64,000 nucleotides of DNA from Bacteroidia bacterium (GCA_965279035.1 OZ257142.1:864001-928000), one strand, 5' to 3'. Positions 34,129-45,295 are shown, numbered from the stretch's first letter. Notes: a model not told the origin generated them from the letters alone. Numbers and translations are program-made.

Positions 34129-35284
34129 AATATTAATCGTAGACGATGAGCGTGCAATACGTAGCACTCTGAAAGAAATTCTCGAATACGAAAATCATCA
34201 AGTGGATGAAGCTGTTGATGGTGCAGAAGGCTGGGAAAAAATTCGAAATGGTGGATACGACATCTTGTTGAGCGATATCAAAATGCCTCGGATGGATGGA
34301 ACCGAGTTGCTTGAAAAAGTGTTGGCTCAAGGAATTGATTGTCCCGTTATCATGATTTCCGGTCACGGTACAATTGAAACAGCCGTTGAATGCATAAAGA
34401 AAGGAGCTTACGATTTTATTGCTAAGCCGCTAGATTTGAATCGTTTGATGATCACTTTGCGCAATGCCTTGGATAAATCAACCCTCATTCAAGAAACTAA
34501 AATCCTCAAGAAAAAAGTTAGTAAAACCGTTGATATGGTTGGTGAATCACCTGCAATCCGTAAGGTGAAAGACATGATTGAACGAGTTGCTCCAACCGAT
34601 GCACGTGTGCTAATTACTGGTCCTAATGGAACCGGAAAAGAATTGGTAGCTCGTTGGATTCATGCTAAAAGTAATCGCAACGAAGCCGCATTGATTGAAG
34701 TGAATTGTGCTGCAATCCCATCTGAGTTGATCGAAAGTGAATTATTCGGACATGAGAAAGGAGCTTTTACTAGTGCAATAAAACAACGGAAAGGACAGTT
34801 TGAATTAGCTCATGGTGGAACATTGTTCTTAGATGAAATTGGTGATATGAGCTTATCGGCACAGGCGAAAGTGCTCAGAGCATTGCAAGAAAACAAAATC
34901 ACACGCGTAGGAGGAGAGAAAGAAATTCCAGTAGATGTGCGCATTATTGCAGCTACCAATAAAAACTTGCAAGATGAAATTGGAAAAGGTCTTTTCAGAG
35001 AAGATTTATATCATCGCTTGAGTGTTATCATTATTCAAGTTCCTTCTTTAAATGAACGTTCTGAAGATATTCCACTATTGACAGACTATTTTCTCAAGTT
35101 AATCTGTACTGAATATGGAATGCCAATCAAAAACATCAAAGCAGATGCATTGGCGGAGCTTCAATCGCTTCAATGGACTGGAAATATTCGGGAATTCAGA
35201 AATGTCATTGAACGATTAATCATTCTTTGTGAAAAGGACATAACACGGGATGATGTTCGAACGTTTGCAAGACCAGCACGTTGA
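34121..35284 (+). CDS. Sigma54-dependent response regulator (REC + AAA+, NtrC/NtrX-like), no C-terminal HTH
   Basis: ILIVDDE, DIKMP, GPNGTGKE, ESELFGHEKGAFTSA, LFLDEIG, WTGNIRE; ends soon after the AAA+ lid. Confidence 0.9.
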   Translation: MAKILIVDDERAIRSTLKEILEYENHQVDEAVDGAEGWEKIRNGGYDILLSDIKMPRMDGTELLEKVLAQGIDCPVIMISGHGTIETAVECIKKGAYDFIAKPLDLNRLMITLRNALDKSTLIQETKILKKKVSKTVDMVGESPAIRKVKDMIERVAPTDARVLITGPNGTGKELVARWIHAKSNRNEAALIEVNCAAIPSELIESELFGHEKGAFTSAIKQRKGQFELAHGGTLFLDEIGDMSLSAQAKVLRALQENKITRVGGEKEIPVDVRIIAATNKNLQDEIGKGLFREDLYHRLSVIIIQVPSLNERSEDIPLLTDYFLKLICTEYGMPIKNIKADALAELQSLQWTGNIREFRNVIERLIILCEKDITRDDVRTFARPAR

Positions 35285-35307
35285 TCAATTTCATTAAATA
35301 ACAGGAT

Positions 35308-36549
35308 ATGCGTTTTATTCTAATCCTATTGTTATCTGTGTGTTTGTGCACTCATTGTGTTCAGTGCCAGATAACTCAATTTAGTCCTGGCTTGCAATCC
35401 ATGAAGAATGGAGATAACAATATGCAAGTGAATAATTTTCCTAAGGCCTATGAAGAATACTCAACCGCTATTGCAGTAGACCCAACATTAGCCGATGCTT
35501 ATTACAAACGAAGTATTGTTCTAACCAAAATGGCTCGATATACTGAGGCTTTGGCTGATCAAAACAAAGCACTGCAATTGAATCCTAACATTAATAATTT
35601 GTATGATTCACGTGGGCAATTACGAATGCTTGTTGAAGATTTTCCTGGTGCTATCGAAGACTATACGAAAGCAATAGAAAGCGATCCAACACAGTCGGAG
35701 CTTTATAACAAACTCGCGCATGCTCATATGGCTTCGGGCGATTTTAAATCGGCAGTGGATGATTATACTACCATGATTTCGCTTGATCCCAATGATACAT
35801 TAGCTTTTATATGCCGATCCATTGCATGGTTGAATTTAAATGAATTAGATTTTGCTCAATCGGACATTACGAAAGCACGAAGCCTAAATTCAGAAAGCTC
35901 CTTAGTTTCGGAAGTTCAAGGATTGATTTTCATTGAGCGGAAGGACTATGCATCTGCAATAAAATCATTCGACAAAGCGATCATTTCAAATCCTCAATTT
36001 GCGCTTGCCTATTATAACAGAGGAATTGCGAAAAAGCTCAATGATGATAATGCGGGTGCAGAATTAGATTTTACAAAATCCATTGAGCTTGACCATGATT
36101 TGAAGTCGGCCTATTTTAATCGTGCCATGGCTCGGAAAAAACTAGGAAACGAAGCCGAAGCATTGGAAGATTACAACAAAGCAATTCAATTAGATAAAGA
36201 ATATGCTGAAGCAGTTTTTTTTCGTGGCTTGACAAAAAAACTACTTGGTGATTATGAAGGTGCAATTGAAGACTATAACCAAAGTGCTGTTTTGAACCCA
36301 AATGATCCGGAGATTTATAATAATCGAGCAAATGTGAGGATGCTATTTGGAGATTATAACTCAGCAATTGCTGATTACAACAAAGCCATTCAACTACGCA
36401 ACGATTACGGAATTGCATATTATAATCGAGCTATTGCCTTTATAATGATGAGCAAGCGAAACAATGCCTGCGACGATTTGCAACAAAGTAAAACACTAGG
36501 TTACGAGCCCGCCAAACAAGCAATCAATGATTTTTGCACCAATCGATAA
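35308..36549 (+). CDS. Exported multi-TPR protein
   Basis: Signal peptide; about 10 TPRs (AYYNRG…AIxDYxKAIxL); C-terminal ACxDL…C. Confidence 0.88.
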   Translation: MRFILILLLSVCLCTHCVQCQITQFSPGLQSMKNGDNNMQVNNFPKAYEEYSTAIAVDPTLADAYYKRSIVLTKMARYTEALADQNKALQLNPNINNLYDSRGQLRMLVEDFPGAIEDYTKAIESDPTQSELYNKLAHAHMASGDFKSAVDDYTTMISLDPNDTLAFICRSIAWLNLNELDFAQSDITKARSLNSESSLVSEVQGLIFIERKDYASAIKSFDKAIISNPQFALAYYNRGIAKKLNDDNAGAELDFTKSIELDHDLKSAYFNRAMARKKLGNEAEALEDYNKAIQLDKEYAEAVFFRGLTKKLLGDYEGAIEDYNQSAVLNPNDPEIYNNRANVRMLFGDYNSAIADYNKAIQLRNDYGIAYYNRAIAFIMMSKRNNACDDLQQSKTLGYEPAKQAINDFCTNR

Positions 36550-36550
36550 T

Positions 36551-37810
36551 ATGCGTTATCTACTTCTACTTTGCTTTTTATATAGTACTGTTTCAGCACA
36601 AAATCTGGGTACGAAAAAAGTGCTATGGATAGGGAATAGTTATACCTATGTGAACGACTTGCCAACGATGTTTCGACTTTTGGCATTGAGTGGCGGTGAT
36701 TCAATCATCGTAGATTCGAGTACTCCCGGTGGATATTCATTTGCGGCACATTCTACTTACACAACGACACTCCAGAAACTAGCTGCCAATAACAACGATT
36801 TTGTTGTTCTTCAAGCTCAAAGTCAGGAACCTTCTTTTCCTCCTTTTCAAGTGGAATCGGAAACGTTTCCCTATGCCCATATTCTCGATTCATTAGCAAA
36901 AGCAGGTTCTCCCTGTTCTCAAACCGTATTTTACATGACTTGGGGAAGGAAATATGGTGATTCTCAAAATTGTGCGAGCTATCCACCACTGTGTACTTTC
37001 GAAGGAATGAATGATCGACTTCGATGGGCTTACAAACAAATGGCTGATGACAATGAAGCTCTTGTGTCGCCTGCCGGAACTGCCTGGAGGAAAAGCTGGG
37101 AAGCCGATTCAACAATCAATCTTTGGTCGGTCGATAATTCGCATCCGAGTGTTGCTGGTTCCTACCTCACGGCCTGTGTGTTTTATGGAACAATCTTACG
37201 GAAATCACCAGTAGGCTTGACTTATACCGCCGGACTTAGCACCGAACAATCGGGCTTTCTGCAGAATATTGCATTTCAAACAGTGTTTGATAGTTTGGAC
37301 ACATGGAACATCAGTCGATGGGATGTGAAATCAGATTTTACCTTTCTGCTAGATGGACTTTCGATCCAAACAAGCAATCAATCACACAATGCGGATTCGT
37401 ATACATGGGATTTTGGTGATGGTGAAACGAGTACTGAAATTTCTCCAAACCATAATTACACAGTTGGAGATGGTAGCTTTTTTACTATTAAACTCATTGC
37501 TACAGATAGCTGTAATTCAGATACAAGCAGTTTTCAAATTGAGATAAATACTGAAGGCATTCAAGCTAAAAAGGATGAATTTACTTGGCGTGTATATCCC
37601 AATCCTGCGAATTCGTTCGTCATGATTCAAGCATCTCACAAGAAGATGTTTGATATTCGAATTTATAGTGCAGATGGCAGTTTAACCAAGCATTATAAGG
37701 AATCGGGTGAATTGATTCCAATTCCCTTAGAAGGACTTGCTCCTGGAATGTATCAGGTTGTTTGTCAATCGGGAAAAGAGCAGCAAATTTTTCGATTAAT
37801 AAAAAACTGA
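36551..37810 (+). CDS. SGNH-like hydrolase + PKD + T9SS C-terminal domain protein
   Basis: Signal peptide, IGNSYT, DNSHPS, YTWDFGDG, VYPNPA…LAPGMY…FRLIK. Confidence 0.8.
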   Translation: MRYLLLLCFLYSTVSAQNLGTKKVLWIGNSYTYVNDLPTMFRLLALSGGDSIIVDSSTPGGYSFAAHSTYTTTLQKLAANNNDFVVLQAQSQEPSFPPFQVESETFPYAHILDSLAKAGSPCSQTVFYMTWGRKYGDSQNCASYPPLCTFEGMNDRLRWAYKQMADDNEALVSPAGTAWRKSWEADSTINLWSVDNSHPSVAGSYLTACVFYGTILRKSPVGLTYTAGLSTEQSGFLQNIAFQTVFDSLDTWNISRWDVKSDFTFLLDGLSIQTSNQSHNADSYTWDFGDGETSTEISPNHNYTVGDGSFFTIKLIATDSCNSDTSSFQIEINTEGIQAKKDEFTWRVYPNPANSFVMIQASHKKMFDIRIYSADGSLTKHYKESGELIPIPLEGLAPGMYQVVCQSGKEQQIFRLIKN

Positions 37811-37813
37811 GTT

Positions 37814-40240
37814 CTATCCTCTTAGTTCGGCGCCCAATTGATCAACATAGGCTTTGATTAAACGATCCATGGTTTTATCAATCTGCTTGTCGGTCAGTGT
37901 TTGTTCTTCATCCAGAAAAGTAAAAGCAACAGCATAGGATTTTTTACCATTGGGCAATTTATCTCCTTGATACACATCAAAAAGTTGCACATCCTTCAAT
38001 AGTTTTCTTTCAGTTCCACGGGCAATCTGTACAATTTTATCGAAGCCAGTTCCTTTATCCAATAACATCGATAAATCTCTTCTTACAGAAGGGAAACGCG
38101 GCACTTCTTCATATTCTAAACGATAGCGTTTATACACCATCAGCAGTTGATCCCATTGGCAGTCGGCAATCCAAACGGGCTCGTCAATCCCGTATAATTT
38201 TCGAATATCAGCGTTCAGGGAACCAATTACAGCCAATTCATATTTTTTCAACTTGAAGCTGAAGGATTCTTCAAACGCAGGATTCTCTATGGGAGTTATT
38301 TCGATGGAAAGAGGATCTATTCCTAGCAATCTGAAAATACTTTCTACTGCCCCTTTTATTTGAAAGTAGCCTGATTTTTTTTGACTTTCGTGCCAGCTTT
38401 CTTTCGTTGCAGCGCCTGTTACAGCAAGCATTAGCTTTTGATCTTCTTGATATCCTTCCTCTTTTTTGAAATAAGTTTTTCCCCATTCAAATAAGGCTAA
38501 ATCGGCTTGTTGACGATTTCGATTCCAAGCAATGGTTTCGCACACACCAAAAATCAAACTCTGGCGCATAATATTGAGCTCGGAGCTTAATGGATTGAGG
38601 ATTTCAACAGCTTTCCCTAATTCTGGAAGAATGAAGTTGGTTGTATTTCCAGCAGTGAGCGAGTTATTTAAAATCTCAGTGAATCCAATGCTGCACAAAT
38701 GATCGCTCAGATGGTTTTTCAATTTCCAAACATCTGGTTTTTCAGCAATGGCTGTTGAAGCCCTAACTTGAGTTGGGATAGCAATGGTGTTGTATCCGTA
38801 AATGCGTAGAACTTCTTCCACTACATCGTTAGGATTTTTTACATCAACTTTAAAAGGAGGAATGCTTAATTTCAATCCTTTATTACTTTCTGCTTCTACA
38901 CGAATTCCAAGTTTACCGAGGATTTTAACAACCGTTTCCTGAGGAATAATTTCACCCACCAAGCGGTCTAAGGTATTCCAAGTAAGTTCTACGGCAGCCC
39001 ATTCAGTAGGTTGAGGATAGTAATCACTGTATCCACCCGAAACAGTTCCACCAGCCAATTCGATAATTAAACTGGCAATACGTTCCAGCGCAACCACAGG
39101 CATTTCGGGATCTGTACCTCGTTCAAAACGGAACGAAGAATCGGTTTTTAATCCCAGTGCTCGGGAAGTTTTCCTAACCCAAACCGGATGAAAGGTTGCC
39201 GATTCTATAAAGATTGAGGTTGTAGTTTCTTTCACTCCCGAATCCAAACCACCAAAAACACCAGCGATACAGAGTGGTTTTTCCGCATCACATATCATCA
39301 AATCGTTTGCTCCAAGTTTTTGTTCTTGTCCGTCGAGCGTGATAAAACGAGTTCCTTCGGGACAAGTTCTTAGCACTATCTTATTTCCTGCAATGTTTTG
39401 TTGATCGAATGCATGGAGCGGTTGTCCAGTTTCGTGCATGACGAAATTTGTTACATCAACCACATTATTGATCGATTTCAACCCTATTGCTTTCAACGCA
39501 TTTTGGAGCCATGCAGGACTTTCTTTCACTTGAATTCCTTCGATTGAAACACCAGCGTAGCGAATAACCGCCTCTTTACATTCAACCGAAACCTCAATTG
39601 GTCCTTTACCTTCACTTAGGTGAACTGTTGGTTCAGGGAAATTTAATAAGTAAGAATCATCTTTGTACATGGTTGCAACCAGATCGCGAGCAACACCAAA
39701 ATGCGACATGGCATCTGTACGATTGGGTGTAAGTCCAATTTCGAGAACTTTATCTTTCACAACATGGTAAAGCTCCGAAACGAGCATTCCTGTTGGAGTT
39801 TCGTTAGGAAGAACAATAATTCCTGCATGACTTTCACCTAAGCCAATTTCATCATCAGCGCAAAGCATTCCTTGAGAAAGTTCACCACGAATTCGACTTT
39901 CTTTGATGGTGAAGGGCTCAGATCCAGTAGGGTAGAGCGTTGCTCCAATGGTGGCAACAATCACTTTTTGACCTGTTGCTACATTGGGTGCACCGCAAAC
40001 AATAGAAAGAAGATCACCTGAGGCAATATCAACGGTAGTTAATCGAAGACGGTCGGCGTTGGGATGCTGAATGCATGATTTTACTTCACCTACAACAAGG
40101 CCTTCGAAAGCACCTTGATGACTTTCAAAACGTTCGATTCCTTCCACTTCGAGACCAGATGCAGTCAGTAGTTTGGAGGTTTCTTCAATTGATGGAATTG
40201 GAGAAATATAGCGTTGAAGCCAGTTGTAAGAGATTTTCAT
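37814..40240 (-). CDS. pheT: Phenylalanine-tRNA ligase beta subunit
   Basis: MKISYNWL, HPNADRL, IVCGAPNV, TPNRTD, SSFRFERG, FPSVRRDLS. Confidence 0.98.
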   Translation of the reverse strand: MKISYNWLQRYISPIPSIEETSKLLTASGLEVEGIERFESHQGAFEGLVVGEVKSCIQHPNADRLRLTTVDIASGDLLSIVCGAPNVATGQKVIVATIGATLYPTGSEPFTIKESRIRGELSQGMLCADDEIGLGESHAGIIVLPNETPTGMLVSELYHVVKDKVLEIGLTPNRTDAMSHFGVARDLVATMYKDDSYLLNFPEPTVHLSEGKGPIEVSVECKEAVIRYAGVSIEGIQVKESPAWLQNALKAIGLKSINNVVDVTNFVMHETGQPLHAFDQQNIAGNKIVLRTCPEGTRFITLDGQEQKLGANDLMICDAEKPLCIAGVFGGLDSGVKETTTSIFIESATFHPVWVRKTSRALGLKTDSSFRFERGTDPEMPVVALERIASLIIELAGGTVSGGYSDYYPQPTEWAAVELTWNTLDRLVGEIIPQETVVKILGKLGIRVEAESNKGLKLSIPPFKVDVKNPNDVVEEVLRIYGYNTIAIPTQVRASTAIAEKPDVWKLKNHLSDHLCSIGFTEILNNSLTAGNTTNFILPELGKAVEILNPLSSELNIMRQSLIFGVCETIAWNRNRQQADLALFEWGKTYFKKEEGYQEDQKLMLAVTGAATKESWHESQKKSGYFQIKGAVESIFRLLGIDPLSIEITPIENPAFEESFSFKLKKYELAVIGSLNADIRKLYGIDEPVWIADCQWDQLLMVYKRYRLEYEEVPRFPSVRRDLSMLLDKGTGFDKIVQIARGTERKLLKDVQLFDVYQGDKLPNGKKSYAVAFTFLDEEQTLTDKQIDKTMDRLIKAYVDQLGAELRG

Positions 40241-40346
40241 TGTATTCGAATTCGGGCGCTAAAGTACAAGGAATGATGATGTCATTCAAAATTGGATTCT
40301 TTCCCTTTAGAGTATAGGGAAAGCTGGAAGAATGATGAGAAAGAAT

Positions 40347-41213
40347 TTATTTCAAAAAGAATCCGGTTAGGAAAAACACGGCAAACAAAACACTTGCAAC
40401 GCCATTGGTTGTTCCAAAAGCCAAATTCACTCTACTTAAATCATCGTGTTTTACAATGCTGTGTTGGTAAACGAGCAAGGACAGAAAAACGGCTGATCCA
40501 AGCCAATAGAAAAGGCCAAAATTTCCAATCAAACCTGCACCAGCTATGCATAATGCTGTGCAAAAATGCAATGCACTTGAAAGGAGTAAAGCTTTCTTGG
40601 CACCAAGCCAAACGGGAATGCTAAAGAGTTCTTCGGAACGATCAAATTCTTCGTCCTGCAAGGCATAAATCACATCGAAACCGGCTGTCCAAAAAAGTAC
40701 GGCAAACGAAAACATCAATGGGAGAAAAGAGAATTCGCCTGTAACAGCGAGGAATGCACCAATGGGAGCAAGCGATAAACCGAGTCCGAGAACAAGGTGA
40801 CAAAGCCAGGTAAACCGTTTAGTAAGACTGTATCCTAAAATTACGGCAAGTGCAATGGGCGATAAGAAAAAGCAAAGTGGATTGATGAACCAGGTTGTGG
40901 TAACGAATAAAGCCGACATGCTAATAACAAACAATAATGCGGCTTTCGGAGAAATTATTCCAGATGGAATTTCACGTATGGCTGTTCGTGCATTTTTTTC
41001 ATCAAAGCGACGGTCGATGTATCGATTAAAGCCCATAGCAGCGCTGCGAGCGAAGATCATACAAAGAACCACCTTTAAAAATAAAGACCAATCAGGTGAT
41101 GCACCGAGATATTCAACGCCGAGGAAAAAGCCAATTACCGCAAAGGGTAAGGCAAAAACTGTGTGACTAAATTTTACGAGAGAGAAATAATGTTTAATAG
41201 AGATACTGCTCAT
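40347..41213 (-). CDS. ubiA: UbiA-family polyprenyltransferase (MqnP-like)
   Basis: [56 protein letters not shown]. Confidence 0.85.
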   Translation of the reverse strand: MSSISIKHYFSLVKFSHTVFALPFAVIGFFLGVEYLGASPDWSLFLKVVLCMIFARSAAMGFNRYIDRRFDEKNARTAIREIPSGIISPKAALLFVISMSALFVTTTWFINPLCFFLSPIALAVILGYSLTKRFTWLCHLVLGLGLSLAPIGAFLAVTGEFSFLPLMFSFAVLFWTAGFDVIYALQDEEFDRSEELFSIPVWLGAKKALLLSSALHFCTALCIAGAGLIGNFGLFYWLGSAVFLSLLVYQHSIVKHDDLSRVNLAFGTTNGVASVLFAVFFLTGFFLK

Positions 41214-41830
41214 CGTTGCAGAGTTTGTTCAAAAGGAGTTCGGTGCAGAATGGAGCGACCAAGGGTAACTTCATCGGCATATTCGAGTTCATCGCCAACG
41301 GCAACACCACGGGCAAGTGTGCTAATTTTTATTGGAAACTCTTTTAATTTTCGGTAGAGATAAAAATTGGTTGTATCACCTTCCATTGTTGCACTCAACG
41401 CCATGATGATTTCGCGAACTTCACCTTGAGCAACACGCTGAATGAGGCTGTCGATTTCTAAATCCGAAGGTCCAATTCCATCCATTGGAGAAATAATTCC
41501 TCCCATAACATGATATAATCCTCGGTATTGTTGCGTGTTTTCAAGCGCCATCACATCCCGAATGTCTTCTACAACACAGATGGTTTCTTTGTCGCGCCGA
41601 GTGTCAGAACAAATGGAGCAAACAACTGTGTCGGAAACATTGTGGCAACTAGAACAAAAGAGAATATCTGTTCTTAAACGAACAAAGGCATTTGAAAACT
41701 GCTCCACTTCATGTTTTTCTCTACGAAGTAAATGCAAGACCAATCTTAGCGCTGTCTTTTTACCAATTCCAGGAAGCGAAGACATTTCGTTTACGGCATC
41801 TTCGAGTAGTCGAGAAGGGAAACTCTGCAT
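41210..41830 (-). CDS. recR: Recombination mediator RecR
   Basis: [10 protein letters not shown]4 zinc finger, [15 protein letters not shown]. Confidence 0.97.
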   Translation of the reverse strand: MQSFPSRLLEDAVNEMSSLPGIGKKTALRLVLHLLRREKHEVEQFSNAFVRLRTDILFCSSCHNVSDTVVCSICSDTRRDKETICVVEDIRDVMALENTQQYRGLYHVMGGIISPMDGIGPSDLEIDSLIQRVAQGEVREIIMALSATMEGDTTNFYLYRKLKEFPIKISTLARGVAVGDELEYADEVTLGRSILHRTPFEQTLQR

Positions 41831-41933
41831 AGGTTTGCAAAGGTAACAGAAGCAACGGAGGAAGGTTGAGATTTGGAAGATTTTTCAATGACATACGTCA
41901 AGAAATCAGCATCTTTGAATTCAATCGGGAAAT

Positions 41934-42251
41934 ATGAAAACTACAGGTCGTTACCAATCTTTCAAGGAATTCTACCCATATTATTTAACGGAACATCAGA
42001 ATTTTGCATGCAGAGTGTTACATTTTATTGGAACCTGTTTGTTTTTCGACTTGTTGATTTTAGGTCTATTGATTAAGGATAGCAACCTGTTTCTTCTCAT
42101 GCCCTTTGTAGGATATGGTTTCGCTTGGATTGGACATTTCTTCTTTGAAAAAAATAAACCAGCAACATTTCAGTATCCTCTTTACAGTTTGTTTTCGGAT
42201 TTCAAACTCTTTTTTCAATTGGTTCTAGGAACGCAATCTTTTCGTGCTTAA
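41934..42251 (+). CDS. DUF962/Mpo1-like small membrane protein
   Basis: FYPYYLTEH…LHFIG…AWIGHFFFEKNKPATFQYP. Confidence 0.85.
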   Translation: MKTTGRYQSFKEFYPYYLTEHQNFACRVLHFIGTCLFFDLLILGLLIKDSNLFLLMPFVGYGFAWIGHFFFEKNKPATFQYPLYSLFSDFKLFFQLVLGTQSFRA

Positions 42252-42350
42252 ATCAGTTCAATTGTTGAATTACAGTTTATGAGCATGTTGGTTTTCATAA
42301 CTGATGAAACCGGAAGGCAAAATTGTTTGCTCTTCGATTAGTTTTGTTGA

Positions 42351-43826
42351 ATGCCTGAAATACTTCATCCTGCTTTACTTATTGGTGTTATTGCTGCCTA
42401 TTTCTTTGTGCTGGTGGGCATTTCCTGGTGGAAAGGTAGGGGCAACGATAGCGATGGTTATTTCTTGGGAAATCGTTCTTCTCCTTGGTATATCGTAGCG
42501 TTTGGAATGATTGGCGATTCGCTTTCAGGCGTTACGTTTGTGTCTGTTCCAGGTGAAGTTGGCGTTAAGAATTTCCATTATTTGCAAATCGTTTTGGGAT
42601 ACATGGTTGGCTATTTTGTGATAGCCAAAGTCTTGTTACCACTGTATTACAAGCTTCAACTTACCTCCATATATTCCTATCTCAAAGAACGATTTGGGCC
42701 AGTTTCTCAACAAACAGGTTCATTTTATTTCTTGCTTTCACGAACCATTGGCGCAGCTTTCCGCTTATTTATTTCTGCTGGTGTATTGCAATTGTTTTTG
42801 TTCGATCAACTTGGAGTTCCTTTCTGGATTTCGGTAAGTATCATCATCATTCTCATCCTTGCTTATACTTTAAAAGGAGGAATTAAAACGCTCATTTGGA
42901 CAGACACCTTTCAATCGCTCTTTCTTTTATTGGGCGTGATTCTCACCTGCGGAGCGATTATATCTCAAATGGATTTGTCGTTTACAGAAGCTGTTCAGCA
43001 GATAAGCGATAGTCCACATTCGAAAATTTTCAATTGGGATCCAAGTTCTAAGCTGTATTTCTTCAAGCAGTTTTTGAGTGGAATGTTTGTCGCCATTGCC
43101 ATGACTGGGCTTGATCAAAACATGATGCAGAAGAATTTGAGCGTTCGCACTTTACCCGAAGCACAAAAAAATATTCTGTGGTTTAGTGTGATTGTGCTTA
43201 TTGTGAATGTGATTTTTGTTTCGCTTGGGGCCTTGATGTATTTATACGCATCAGCTAAAGGCATTGCCGTTCCTGCAAAAACCGATGAATTTCTCCCGAT
43301 GTTGACTTTGAATTATTTGGGGACTTTTGCCGCAATCGTTTTTCTTTTAGGAATTATTGCCGCCACATTTTCCAGTGCCGATTCGGTTCTAACAACGCTA
43401 ACAACTTCATTGTACATCGATATTTTACACTTGGATGAAGACTCAAAAGTCACTGAAAAGCGGAAAGTCCAATATCGAAATATGATTCATGGTGGCTTTG
43501 CTTTTTTGCTACTTGCCGTAATTCTCTTGTTTCGTGCTTTAAATAATGATGCTGTTATTAGTGGAATATTTACTGCCGCGGGTTATACGTATGGTCCTTT
43601 GCTCGGATTGTTTGCTTTTGGAATTTATACGCGAACTTCCATTCACGACAAATTGGTTCCACTGGTTTGCATTTTAGCGCCTTTAATCAGCTTTGCCATT
43701 TCGTATTATTCTCCACTGTTGTTTGGAGGATATCAAATTGGTTTTGAATTGCTGATAATTAATGGACTGCTCACTTTCATAGGATTAGCTTTATTGAAAA
43801 ACCGTAACCATATCGTCATGCGGTGA
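42351..43826 (+). CDS. Sodium:solute symporter (SSS) family protein
   Basis: YFLGNR, SLSGVTFVSVPG, YTLKGGIK…WTD, GLDQNMMQK, SSADS. Confidence 0.92.
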   Translation: MPEILHPALLIGVIAAYFFVLVGISWWKGRGNDSDGYFLGNRSSPWYIVAFGMIGDSLSGVTFVSVPGEVGVKNFHYLQIVLGYMVGYFVIAKVLLPLYYKLQLTSIYSYLKERFGPVSQQTGSFYFLLSRTIGAAFRLFISAGVLQLFLFDQLGVPFWISVSIIIILILAYTLKGGIKTLIWTDTFQSLFLLLGVILTCGAIISQMDLSFTEAVQQISDSPHSKIFNWDPSSKLYFFKQFLSGMFVAIAMTGLDQNMMQKNLSVRTLPEAQKNILWFSVIVLIVNVIFVSLGALMYLYASAKGIAVPAKTDEFLPMLTLNYLGTFAAIVFLLGIIAATFSSADSVLTTLTTSLYIDILHLDEDSKVTEKRKVQYRNMIHGGFAFLLLAVILLFRALNNDAVISGIFTAAGYTYGPLLGLFAFGIYTRTSIHDKLVPLVCILAPLISFAISYYSPLLFGGYQIGFELLIINGLLTFIGLALLKNRNHIVMR

Positions 43827-43839
43827 CGGAGAAATAGGC

Positions 43840-43879
43840 AAAAAAAATCAGGATCGCATTTGAATACAACCCTGATTTT
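43840..43879. terminator. Probable terminator between convergent SSS and msrA genes
   Basis: AAAAAAAATCAGG…CCTGATTTT inverted repeat. Confidence 0.6.
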
Positions 43880-43894
43880 CGATGAATATGATTT

Positions 43895-44569
43895 TTATTT
43901 CTTCAATTTATCTGGAAACACTTTTCTGAATTTTTCCACTTTAGGCTGGATTACCATGCGGCAATAACCTTGTTCTCCATTTTGATTGTAGTAGTTTTGG
44001 TGATAGTCTTCTGCTACATAAAAGGCACCATCGAAAGGTAAAATTTCAGTAACGATTGGTTTATCGAAAGCGCCAGAGGCATCTAGCTCTGCTTTGTATT
44101 TTGTTGCTTTTTCGTTCTGTTCGGCTGAGGTAAAATAAATGCCAGAGCGATATTGAGTTCCCGCATCAGCACCTTGACGATTTAAAGTTGTTGGATCGTG
44201 CGTTTTCCAGAATACTTCCAATAATTCATCGAATGTAATTTTAGAAGGATCGTAAACGATGCGGGCTGCTTCGGCGTGACCAGTAAGTCCGGTACATACT
44301 TCTTTGTAAGTAGGATTCTTTACTTTGCCAGCGGTGTAACCAGAAGTTACAGAAAGCACTCCATCGAGTTGTTGAAAAATGGCCTCAATGCACCAGAAAC
44401 ATCCGGCAGCTAAATAGGCAGTATCGGTTTTTTGATCGGGTTGGGCGTTCATGTCGGGTGTTGAAAGCGTGTGTGAATCGTTGCTGCTGTTGCTCGAAGT
44501 GCAAGCTTGAAGGCCTGTGCTGATTCCAAACAACAAACCTAAAACTTGAATTTTTTGGGATAGGCTCAT
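43895..44569 (-). CDS. msrA: Peptide methionine sulfoxide reductase MsrA, predicted lipoprotein
   Basis: GCFWC, GHAEA, GTQYRS, AEDYHQNY; lipobox LQAC; start ATG at 44569. Confidence 0.95.
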   Translation of the reverse strand: MSLSQKIQVLGLLFGISTGLQACTSSNSSNDSHTLSTPDMNAQPDQKTDTAYLAAGCFWCIEAIFQQLDGVLSVTSGYTAGKVKNPTYKEVCTGLTGHAEAARIVYDPSKITFDELLEVFWKTHDPTTLNRQGADAGTQYRSGIYFTSAEQNEKATKYKAELDASGAFDKPIVTEILPFDGAFYVAEDYHQNYYNQNGEQGYCRMVIQPKVEKFRKVFPDKLKK

Positions 44570-44668
44570 ATTGAAAAAAAGATTAAACACATGAAATTGA
44601 AAATGGTTAATCTCTTGTCGCCTTTTATTTTATTCCCTTACAAAAACAGTAAATTATTTTTTTGAAGA

Positions 44669-45295
44669 TTATTCTACGGTTTCGTAATAATGCTTGCGAA
44701 CCGTTTGTTTTACACCGTGAAGTATGAGTCGGATAAGTAATTCAGTGTCTTTCTCAATGCGTTGATAATCGGGCTCATCATTCATGCTGCGGCGATTATA
44801 AATTACTTCATCATGTTTGATGGCATCGGCCGATGAAATAATTAATTCTGAAACACGCTTCACCATTTCATCACTGAGTTGAGGATCCATCAAGACCAAT
44901 TCACGCGAAACAAAATTGATTTCTCGTTGCAAAATATCATTATACAAGGCATGAAATCCCGGTTGTATTTGACGAACGCTTTCGGCAGAGAGCTGATGCA
45001 GACTTAATACCTTGCGGTAATAACCAAGTCGCTTGCGCATGTATAGTTGAATCTTTTCTTCCGGTTCCTGATGCCCAGCCATTTCAAGTTGCAACTCTTG
45101 AATGATGTTTTCGGCTTCTTGAACCACAACGGCAGTAAAAATCTCTTCCTTGTTTTTGAAATAATAATAAAGGGAAGATTTATTCAAACCAAGACGCTTT
45201 CCAATATCGTCAAGGGTTGTTTTATCAAAGCCGTATTGCGCAAAACAGTTTTTAGCTGCTTGTAAAATCTGGATTTTTTTTTCGGTTGCTTTCAT
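44669..45295 (-). CDS. TetR/AcrR family transcriptional regulator
   Basis: ILQAAKNCFAQYGFDKTTLDDIGKRLGLNKSSLYYYFKNKEEIF. Confidence 0.93.
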   Translation of the reverse strand: MKATEKKIQILQAAKNCFAQYGFDKTTLDDIGKRLGLNKSSLYYYFKNKEEIFTAVVVQEAENIIQELQLEMAGHQEPEEKIQLYMRKRLGYYRKVLSLHQLSAESVRQIQPGFHALYNDILQREINFVSRELVLMDPQLSDEMVKRVSELIISSADAIKHDEVIYNRRSMNDEPDYQRIEKDTELLIRLILHGVKQTVRKHYYETVE

